Assembly (NCBI GenBank): GCA_018304385.1
Contig: JAGVWJ010000011.1
Span: 1 to 22,267 of the forward strand
DNA: 22,267 nucleotides
Origin: Candidatus Micrarchaeota archaeon
GTDB lineage: Archaea > Micrarchaeota > Micrarchaeia > Anstonellales > Bilamarchaeaceae
Direction: 5' to 3'
Part shown: positions 1-7,071 of the stretch, piece by piece
Layout of the letters: each line of letters starts with the position of its first letter
How positions within the stretch are numbered: the first letter of the stretch is position 1
Notes under the pieces: generated by a model
The model's database searches: none
What the model saw: only the letters and a program-made list of their open reading frames with translations
Told to the model about the DNA's origin: nothing
Position numbers and translations under genes: made by a program

Positions 1-1
1 T

Positions 2-268
2 AAAAAATTCGAGGCACAGCATAAGGCAGATGAAAATTATCCAATAGTTGCCGCTGCAAGCATTTGCGCCAAATTGCTTCGTGATAAGAAAATTGCTGAC
101 ATTGCAGCTGATATTGGTGATTTTGGTAGCGGATATCCAAGCGATCCAGACACTATTAAGGCGTTGCGTGATAAAGACATGCGCATAAAGCTTAAACCGT
201 TTATAAGAGAGCGCTGGCAGACATTGGAGAATATTAAACAGAGAAAACTATCTGATTATGAGGAATAG
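2..268 (+). CDS. rnhB: Ribonuclease HII, C-terminal part (5' truncated by the window edge)
   Basis: Frame is open from position 2: KKFEAQHKADENYPIVAAASICAKLLRD...DFGSGYPSDPDT...RERWQT. KAD..YPIVAAASI.AK and GSGYPSDP are RNase HII hallmark motifs. Confidence 0.95.
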   Translation, partial: KKFEAQHKADENYPIVAAASICAKLLRDKKIADIAADIGDFGSGYPSDPDTIKALRDKDMRIKLKPFIRERWQTLENIKQRKLSDYEE

Positions 269-271
269 CTT

Positions 272-553
272 ATGGCTAAAATAACTATAAAAAACGAAAA
301 TGTAACGTTTGAGATGCCAGATAATACAAGACTATTACCATATTTAATGAGTAATAGTGCATTTCCTGGTGGTTGCGAAGACGGCAGTTCTACTATGTGC
401 GCTTGCGTAATATTGCACGGTGAGGATAATCTAAATGCAAAAACACAGGCCGAAATAACTACGCTTGCTAATGCTGGATTACCTAATTCTAAAAAGAACC
501 GCCTAGCGTGCCAAGTAATTGTATTAAAAGGAGAAATTGAATTAGAATATTAA
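272..553 (+). CDS. 2Fe-2S ferredoxin-like protein (second ligand Cys replaced by Ser)
   Basis: 93 aa; GGCEDGSSTMCAC and C-terminal RLACQ match the plant/adrenodoxin-type C-x4-C-x2-C...RLACQ pattern except for Ser40. Stop overlaps the next start (TAATG). Confidence 0.85.
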   Translation: MAKITIKNENVTFEMPDNTRLLPYLMSNSAFPGGCEDGSSTMCACVILHGEDNLNAKTQAEITTLANAGLPNSKKNRLACQVIVLKGEIELEY

Positions 554-1191
554 TGATAAAGGCAATTCTTTTTGATTTTGACGGCTCAGTAGTAGATAGC
601 GAGCCATTACACCTACGCAGCTTTCGTGAGCTACTAAAACCACTAGGTATAAAGATAAGCAAAGCACGACATTACAGCGAGTTTACTGGAATTGGAAGTA
701 CTGCAATAATCACTATGTTATTTCAAGAGCATGGAATAAATGAGAATGTAAAGGAATGGGTTGAGAAAAGAAAGAAAATTTACCAAAGCTATGTACTGAA
801 AGGAAAGTTAAAAACAATTTCTGGTGTGCGAAAGTTTCTACAATTTATAAAAAAGCGAAAGATAAAGACTGCAATTGTTAGTGGTGGGCATAGCACAAAC
901 ATCAAGCTTGCGTTGGAAAAAACAAAACTAACTAAATTTTTTGATGTGATTATTGGATTAGAAAATGTAAAAAACCGCAAACCACATCCTGAAGGATTTC
1001 TGCTTGCTGCGCAGCGCTTAAATGTTAAACCTAGTGAATGCATTGCAATAGAGGATGCGCCTGCTGGAGTGCTGGCTGCACATGCTGCAAAAATGCGTGT
1101 AGTCTGCATCCGCTCACTGGCGCCAGTTGATTTGAAAAAATGTGATTATACAATTAAAAACTATGCACGTTTCCCAATGGAACTATTTTAA
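553..1191 (+). CDS. HAD-superfamily phosphatase (beta-phosphoglucomutase-like, subfamily IA)
   Basis: Motif I FDFDGSVVDSE, motif II VSG, motif III KPHPE, motif IV IEDAPAG. Confidence 0.92.
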   Translation: MIKAILFDFDGSVVDSEPLHLRSFRELLKPLGIKISKARHYSEFTGIGSTAIITMLFQEHGINENVKEWVEKRKKIYQSYVLKGKLKTISGVRKFLQFIKKRKIKTAIVSGGHSTNIKLALEKTKLTKFFDVIIGLENVKNRKPHPEGFLLAAQRLNVKPSECIAIEDAPAGVLAAHAAKMRVVCIRSLAPVDLKKCDYTIKNYARFPMELF

Positions 1192-1213
1192 AGCTTTTTA
1201 AAGAAACATATCT

Positions 1214-2200
1214 ATGGGTTTGATCGGTAATCTTGGTAGAGCAGCAGGCTTATTAGCAAAAACCTGGCCATTTTTAGTAATAAGATTTTTGGGATTGCTT
1301 GCAATAAGCGTTATATCACTTATATTATTTGTAATTCTAATTGTAGCATTAGCAATGCTTGGTGCAAATGCTGCTAGCTGGGGGATTATACTTATAATAA
1401 TTTTATTCCTAGGCTTTACTAGTATCTATTCGTTTCTTTCGCGCTATTTTATATTTCTTTATGATGCTGGCCACGTAGCAGTAATGGCTAAGATACTCAA
1501 AGGTGAGACAGCAGATATTCCAACAACATGGGATCAATTGAATTATGGAAAAGATATTGTAATAAAAAGAATTGGTTCATTGAGCGCGCTTTATGTTTTC
1601 AAACAAATAGTTTACGGTATACTGTATGCAGTAAATCGCGCAGTTGGATTCTTTACTTCATTCATGCCATCTTCGATTAAGAGCTTAATTGGCTTTATAA
1701 TGAGGATAATAAATCGTGCAATATTCCTTATTTTTGATATTACTCTTTCTTATTTGGTTTTTGAACCAACGAAAAACGCGTGGATGTGCGCTGCTGACTC
1801 GCTAGTTATATATAAGAAAAACCTTACTAGATTCTTAATGGTCGCTGCAGCATTGGTTATACTTGGTTATGTTGTTTCATTTATAGGTGTGATATTTGCA
1901 TATACTGCTTATTTTGCAACTGGCTCTGCAATAATGTCAAGTACAAATACAACACAGGTATTTTCTGCTATTCTAGGGTTAATATTTGTATTTATGATAT
2001 TTGAGGCGCTGCGCCAAAGTGTAGTAATTCCTTATTCTCGCGCGCTAGTTTTATGCGAATTCTTTGATATTTTAGCTACAGTAAAAATAAGCCAGGAAGA
2101 TTATGGAATATTAAATAACATCCCGCAGTTCCAAGAGCTTTTAAAGAAAGCGAATGAACCTCAATCTCCTCCTGCAGTACCACCAGCACCTGCGAAGTAG
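1214..2200 (+). CDS. Polytopic membrane protein of unknown function
   Basis: 328 aa with about 5-6 long hydrophobic segments, a YDAGHVAV motif and a Pro/Ala-rich C-terminal tail. Confidence 0.8.
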   Translation: MGLIGNLGRAAGLLAKTWPFLVIRFLGLLAISVISLILFVILIVALAMLGANAASWGIILIIILFLGFTSIYSFLSRYFIFLYDAGHVAVMAKILKGETADIPTTWDQLNYGKDIVIKRIGSLSALYVFKQIVYGILYAVNRAVGFFTSFMPSSIKSLIGFIMRIINRAIFLIFDITLSYLVFEPTKNAWMCAADSLVIYKKNLTRFLMVAAALVILGYVVSFIGVIFAYTAYFATGSAIMSSTNTTQVFSAILGLIFVFMIFEALRQSVVIPYSRALVLCEFFDILATVKISQEDYGILNNIPQFQELLKKANEPQSPPAVPPAPAK

Positions 2201-2201
2201 A

Positions 2202-2891
2202 TTAGTCGTGCTTAGGGAATTTTAACACTCCGCGGCTTTCTCTTTCTAGCGTTTCTTCCATTTTTCGAGTTACTTCGCTAAGGGCAGTGTTTTCATCAGC
2301 AGTTCTGTCGGTCTTGTGATGCAACCTCTGAAAAGTTTCATTGTTCGCAGCAAATTCTGGATTTGTTTTAACGAGATGTTCTTTCATTGTATGAAAAAAT
2401 TCCTTTTTCAATTTTCTTACGGTAATCAAATTTCCAGGTTGATTAGATTCTTTAATATTCTCAGCCAACTTATCTAAAATACCCTGAAAACGACTAGAGG
2501 CATTAGCTGAATTTATTCGGCCATCTCTAAGATCGTCCATAATGCCATGCGCCTCACCTTTAAGCTCTTCTCTAGCCTCTTTTAACCCTTGCAGTTTCCT
2601 AATTCCTTGATTAAATTCTTCCACTTCTCTTTTATATTGCTGACCAAGGGCTACAGCCTCTGGGTCAACTAGTGGTGCTCCCCTTAGCTCCTTGTTGATA
2701 TTAAGAATTTTACTAATCTTCTCCCGAAGATCAGGTTTAGTTCTGGCTGTTTTAATTGCTTCATCAACAACAGCATTTACTGCGAACCCAGTCAATTCCA
2801 AACCGCGCGTCTTTAATTCGCTCTGAACAGTTTGAATAGCAAATCTCTTTGCTTGTGTTGGAGTAAGTTCTTCAAGTTGTTTCTCAACCAT
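2202..2891 (-). CDS. Hypothetical alpha-helical/coiled-coil protein (start probably ATG 2891 rather than 2909)
   Basis: Long open frame with a charged helical composition. TTTATAAA at 2914-2921 lies -23 to -30 from ATG 2891, the spacing seen at other genes here. Confidence 0.7.
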   Translation of the reverse strand: MVEKQLEELTPTQAKRFAIQTVQSELKTRGLELTGFAVNAVVDEAIKTARTKPDLREKISKILNINKELRGAPLVDPEAVALGQQYKREVEEFNQGIRKLQGLKEAREELKGEAHGIMDDLRDGRINSANASSRFQGILDKLAENIKESNQPGNLITVRKLKKEFFHTMKEHLVKTNPEFAANNETFQRLHHKTDRTADENTALSEVTRKMEETLERESRGVLKFPKHD

Positions 2892-2913
2892 ATTTATTTC
2901 ATAATTCATTCAT

Positions 2914-2921
2914 TTTATAAA
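2914..2921 (-). promoter_or_regulatory. Archaeal TATA box (TTTATAAA) for the 2202..2891 gene
   Basis: Perfect TTTATAAA at leaderless-transcript spacing from an in-frame ATG. Confidence 0.55.
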
Positions 2922-3015
2922 TTCTTTTATATAGATGTAAAACAACAATAAAAACGCGCAATTTCAGCATGCAAGATTTTTTCAAATTTACATGCTGCGC
3001 AAAAAGGTGAGCGCA

Positions 3016-4191
3016 ATGATAAAGTTAGAGTTAGACCGAAAAACCAAAGAGATTTTTGTAAAAGAACCAAGTGAAGTTACTTCTTTGCAAAACGGATTTT
3101 ATGGCACTATGGAAAGAGGCATAATCTCACTAAAGCCAGAAGAAGCAATGTATGTAATGGACATTAGAAACGGCAAGGCTTATGACGAGGCTGGAAATAC
3201 ATATACATTCAATGATATTGCCTCATTCTTTTTAGATAAACCAAAACTGCTTGCTAGGTATTTAACATATAAGGATTGGAGAGATAAGGGCCTGATTCTA
3301 AGATATGCAGAAGAAGCAGAAGGCAGTTATGGACGAGGCAGCACTGTAAAATACAAGAGCGAAAAATTCAAGCTGGATGCCTATTCATTTACTGGTGTTT
3401 TCTTCCCAGAAGATCTAATTACTATTGTTGATGATGAAACAGTTGGAAAAGAACTTTATGAGCGCTATTGGATAGGCCAGTTTGGAACGTATAAGGCAGC
3501 GCATCGCGGTAAAATAAGCAAGCTTGATATCTATGAAACAATCTATCTAGTGAAACATGGGGGGCTTAGTCTGAAGAACTGCAAACTTGAAGATGTCATA
3601 GCTGCAGCAGATGAAAGAATAAAATACTTTGAAGATATGTACGAGGTCTACGAAGACTGGCGCAAGCGTGGATATGTAATAAAATCTGGATTTAAGTTTG
3701 GTACGCATTTTAGAATTTATTTCCCTGGCGCATCTCCAATACGCGAGGGCCCAGAATGGATGCACTCTAAACATGTTATCCATATTTTCTCCAGAAAGAG
3801 CAAAATGATTATTAGCGAGTGGGCGCGTGCTATCCGAGTTGCGCACAGCGTGAAGAAAACATTTATTCTTGCTATTCCTGGAAAGAAAACTGAGATTAAG
3901 GTTGACCCAAAGCATCCAAGACTTGATTTTCTAGCATATCACAGAAAAAAAGGTGGAATAGAAACACCAAAGGATGGAAAACCAAAATATCTAATGTATT
4001 CGCTTACAGAAGATGAGTATATTGGCGGTGAAGAACTTGCGAAAGCGCTTGCTGAATGCAAATATTTCGGATTAGAGATGATTATGGCAATAAGCGATAG
4101 AGAATCAAGCGTTACTTGTTATATGATTAAAGCAGTTAATTTGCCTGGAAGCGAATACGAGTATTTTGAAATAGAATGGGTTCAACCTTAG
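3016..4191 (+). CDS. endA: tRNA splicing endonuclease, three-unit epsilon2 (ARMAN) type, 391 aa
   Basis: SD-like AGGTGA at 3005-3010 precedes ATG 3016. Catalytic unit KSGFKFGTHFRIY...HSKHV...RVAHSVKK (Y235, H250, K281). Repeated LxxxEAxY / LDIYETIY units and a GQFGTYK loop. Length fits the three-unit form. Confidence 0.95.
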   Translation: MIKLELDRKTKEIFVKEPSEVTSLQNGFYGTMERGIISLKPEEAMYVMDIRNGKAYDEAGNTYTFNDIASFFLDKPKLLARYLTYKDWRDKGLILRYAEEAEGSYGRGSTVKYKSEKFKLDAYSFTGVFFPEDLITIVDDETVGKELYERYWIGQFGTYKAAHRGKISKLDIYETIYLVKHGGLSLKNCKLEDVIAAADERIKYFEDMYEVYEDWRKRGYVIKSGFKFGTHFRIYFPGASPIREGPEWMHSKHVIHIFSRKSKMIISEWARAIRVAHSVKKTFILAIPGKKTEIKVDPKHPRLDFLAYHRKKGGIETPKDGKPKYLMYSLTEDEYIGGEELAKALAECKYFGLEMIMAISDRESSVTCYMIKAVNLPGSEYEYFEIEWVQP

Positions 4192-4205
4192 TTAAAGTGA
4201 ATACT

Positions 4206-5222
4206 ATGGAAATAAAAAGAACTTTCGGCAGTGATAATTTTGCAGGTGGACACCCAGATATTATCAAATCAATTATGGAAGCAAACAAAGGGCACGTAAC
4301 AGCTTATGGAAACGATGATTATACAAAACGAGCAATAGATAAATTTAGAGAGCATCTGGGCGATGTAGATGTTTATTTTGTGTTTAATGGAACTGCAGCA
4401 AACGTAATCGGGCTTTCTGCAATGACGAAGCCATTTAATTCAATTATCTGCCCTGAAACATCTCATTTAAATTTACATGAAGCAGGTGCACCTGAAAAAT
4501 ATGCTGGTTGTAAACTAATAGCTATAAAATCAGAAGATGGAAAAATAACATCTGGGCAAATAAAAAAATATCTTAACGCTATAGGAGATCAGCATAGTTC
4601 ACAACCTAAGGTAATATCTATTACGCAAGCAACAGATTACGGGACAGTTTATACATTGCAGGAAATGAAAGAGCTCGCAGATTTTGCACATAAAAATAAT
4701 ATGCTCTTGCATGTTGATGGGGCACGCATATGCAATGCGGCAGCTAGCCTAGGAGTTTCACTAAAAGAAATAACAGCCGGTATAGATATCCTTTCATTTG
4801 GCGGGACGAAAAACGGCATGTTGTATGGGGAGGCAGTAGTTTTATTTAATAGAGCATTAACAGAAAATTTCAATTTTATAAGAAAGCAGGGGATGCAGCT
4901 CGCATCTAAGATGAGATTTATTTCATGCCAATTCGAAGCTATGCTTTCGAATAATTTATGGCTTAAAAGTGCGCAGAATGCAAACGAAATGGCTAAGCTG
5001 CTAGCAAAAGAAGTTGAAAAATTAGGAATAAAAATAACTCAAAAAGTAGAGGCAAATATGGTTTTTGCAATTCTCCCAAAAAAGATAATCAAAACCTTGC
5101 AAGATAAATCCTTCTTTTATGTGATAAACGAAGAAATAGGAGAGGTTAGATTAGTTACTTCATTTGATACTAAGGAGGAAGATATTTGGAAATTTGTAAA
5201 AGAGGTAAAGAATTTAATATAG
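4206..5222 (+). CDS. ltaE: Low-specificity L-threonine aldolase (PLP-dependent)
   Basis: FGSDNFAG, YGNDDYT, FVFNGTAAN, HEAGA, LHVDGARICNA, and the PLP-lysine motif SFGGTKNG. ATG 4206 avoids overlap with endA. Confidence 0.93.
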   Translation: MEIKRTFGSDNFAGGHPDIIKSIMEANKGHVTAYGNDDYTKRAIDKFREHLGDVDVYFVFNGTAANVIGLSAMTKPFNSIICPETSHLNLHEAGAPEKYAGCKLIAIKSEDGKITSGQIKKYLNAIGDQHSSQPKVISITQATDYGTVYTLQEMKELADFAHKNNMLLHVDGARICNAAASLGVSLKEITAGIDILSFGGTKNGMLYGEAVVLFNRALTENFNFIRKQGMQLASKMRFISCQFEAMLSNNLWLKSAQNANEMAKLLAKEVEKLGIKITQKVEANMVFAILPKKIIKTLQDKSFFYVINEEIGEVRLVTSFDTKEEDIWKFVKEVKNLI

Positions 5223-5239
5223 ACCAGCTAATTATATTT

Positions 5240-6028
5240 ATGAAATTCATCTCATTTACAACAGATTTTGGCGCTGGCTCGCGAGGCAATGGAGTGCTAA
5301 TGGCTGTTGCATTAAAGATTGCACCTGACGCGCACGTGGTTCATTTTGCAGATGTAGAAAGCTTTAACATAAAGAGCGGAGCGCGTATCCTTGAAGGTAT
5401 CTCGTATTTACCTGTTGGCAGTCATACTTGTGTAATTGATCCGGGTGTTGGCACAAAAAGAATGGCAATTGCAATAGAAACAAACCGTGGCGACTATCTG
5501 ATTGGACCTGATAACGGAGTGTTATTGCCAGCATGCGAATTTCTGGGTGGAATAAAAAAAGTCTTTGAGATTACTAATGAGGATTATATGCTTAAACCAG
5601 TTTCTCCAATATTCCACGGCCGGGATGTGTTTATCCCAGTTGCTGCGCATCTGGCAAATGGAATAGCAATTGAAGAACTTGGTAAGGAATTAAAGGCTAG
5701 CGAACTTACTGCTGCACCTTATAAGAATGCACAGATAAAAAACAAAAAGATCGAATGCGAAGTTATTCATATAAATAAATTTGGTTCGCTCTTCATAAAT
5801 ATTTTAGGGCTAACAATGGAAAAGTTTGCATCGCTTGGTAAAATAATTACTATAAAAACAAAAAACAAAAAAATCTCGCTTCCATATAAGCGAACATTCG
5901 GAGAAGTAGAAAAAGGAAAACCAATAATTGTAAATGATGACTTTGGTCGCGTAGAAATTGCAATTAATCAAGGAAGCTTTGCAAATAGGTTTAAGATAAA
6001 AATTGGAGATAAACTAAGTATCGCTTAA
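5240..6028 (+). CDS. SAM hydroxide adenosyltransferase / halogenase family protein (DUF62)
   Basis: FTTDFG, VIDPGVGTKR, IGPDNGVL, IFHGRDVF, EIAINQGS. ATG 5240 follows the ltaE stop. Confidence 0.92.
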   Translation: MKFISFTTDFGAGSRGNGVLMAVALKIAPDAHVVHFADVESFNIKSGARILEGISYLPVGSHTCVIDPGVGTKRMAIAIETNRGDYLIGPDNGVLLPACEFLGGIKKVFEITNEDYMLKPVSPIFHGRDVFIPVAAHLANGIAIEELGKELKASELTAAPYKNAQIKNKKIECEVIHINKFGSLFINILGLTMEKFASLGKIITIKTKNKKISLPYKRTFGEVEKGKPIIVNDDFGRVEIAINQGSFANRFKIKIGDKLSIA

Positions 6029-6076
6029 AACCAATAATAACAACATTTTAAAATGCTTGCTGATAAATACAATTAC

Positions 6077-6904
6077 ATGCACAAACAGAAGTCATTAACC
6101 GACAGAAGAAAACAGCTAGTTTTAGATATTGCTAGAAGAGTTACTCCACTATTGGAAGACAAAATGAAATTAGAAGTACCGAGAAGATTTGAAGAAGGAG
6201 AAAATTGGATTGTTGGTAATCCCACAGCTTATAATGCTGAAATAATAAACTATATCATATTTGAATTAGGAATGTTTGAGCATGAATTATTTACAAGTAC
6301 TGAAAGAACTAGGAGATTTAGAGAATGGCTTACAAGTTGCAGGGATATTTCTGTTGCCATGTCAGAAACAAGAGCAGAATTAATGGATTTTAGAGGGGTT
6401 TTAATAAAATTAAGTGAATTTTGTGCAGGAATATCTCAGTCAATAGATTCGCGAGGTCTTTTCAATTCCAGATTAAATAAAATCTTTTTAAATGAACGAA
6501 AAATAAGAATGAATATAAAAGCTGGATTACCATTTAAAAGAGATGAAGCAGATGTTCAACATCCAAACCATGTTTTAGCTTGGGTTATTGCACATGAATT
6601 AGCGCATGCAACGCATTATCTTCATTTTCCTAGACATTTTGATATGAAAGAGGCTGCAAGAGGGCTAGAATACCTTAGAATTAAGAATTATTTAGAAGAG
6701 GTTGCTGAATTTTATGCTGATACAACAGTAGGAGAACAATTGGCAACAAGAGAACTAGCAGTTAGTGACGGTCATAAGTTTATGATACATGTTAAACCTT
6801 ATTGTGATAGCCCATTAGTTGCTACAGCACGAAGACTTCCAACACAAGAAGAACTAGCGAACCCGCAACTATACATTGAAAGGTATTTAAGAGCTGCTGC
6901 ATAA
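6077..6904 (+). CDS. Hypothetical protein with zincin-type HExxH motif (putative metallopeptidase)
   Basis: WVIAHELAHATH plus downstream EEVAEFYA as a candidate third ligand. TTTTAAAA at 6046-6053 supports ATG 6077. Confidence 0.6.
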   Translation: MHKQKSLTDRRKQLVLDIARRVTPLLEDKMKLEVPRRFEEGENWIVGNPTAYNAEIINYIIFELGMFEHELFTSTERTRRFREWLTSCRDISVAMSETRAELMDFRGVLIKLSEFCAGISQSIDSRGLFNSRLNKIFLNERKIRMNIKAGLPFKRDEADVQHPNHVLAWVIAHELAHATHYLHFPRHFDMKEAARGLEYLRIKNYLEEVAEFYADTTVGEQLATRELAVSDGHKFMIHVKPYCDSPLVATARRLPTQEELANPQLYIERYLRAAA

Positions 6905-6944
6905 TTATTTCAATCAGATAAGGGGCCCGTAGCTCAGCTTGGAC

Positions 6945-6980
6945 ATTTCAAAACTCGAGATCCGAGACTGGAAACCAAAA
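6945..6980 (+). other. tRNA intron 1 (36 nt) in the D-loop at 20a/21
   Basis: BHB: central helix TTGG(6939-42)/CCAA(6975-78), bulges ACA(6943-45) and AAA(6979-81), intron helix TTTC/GAAA, inner CTCG/CGAG hairpin. Confidence 0.85.
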
Positions 6981-7013
6981 AGAGCGGCGCCGTCCTAAGG
7001 CGTAGGTCACGAG

Positions 7014-7043
7014 TTGTACTTTTTACCTAAAAGTACATGTGAA
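7014..7043 (+). other. tRNA intron 2 (30 nt) in the T-arm at 53/54
   Basis: BHB-like: central helix CACG(7008-11)/TGTG(7038-41), bulges AGT(7012-14) and AAT(7042-44), 9-bp intron stem TGTACTTTT/AAAAGTACA. Confidence 0.88.
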
Positions 7044-7063
7044 TTCAAATCTCATCGGGCCCG

Positions 7064-7070
7064 TTTTTTT
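7064..7070 (+). terminator. Oligo-T archaeal terminator after the tRNA
   Basis: T7 run immediately after the discriminator base. Confidence 0.6.
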
Positions 7071-7071
7071 C

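Larger units (their letters stand above)
6923..7063 (+). tRNA. tRNA-Arg (anticodon CCT) with two non-canonical introns
   Basis: Acceptor stem GGGCCCG/CGGGCCC, discriminator G73, D-stem GCTC/GAGC, anticodon arm GCGCC-GTCCTAA-GGCGT, T-loop TTCAAAT. Removing 6945-6980 and 7014-7043 gives a normal cloverleaf. CCA is not encoded. Confidence 0.93.

Noticed and set aside
2955-3018. BHB mRNA intron in the endA leader
   Set aside because: Stems exist, but there is no 4-bp helix flanked by two 3-nt bulges.
6923-7063. tRNA as integration site of a mobile element
   Set aside because: I saw no integrase and no duplicated tRNA 3' end in the window.
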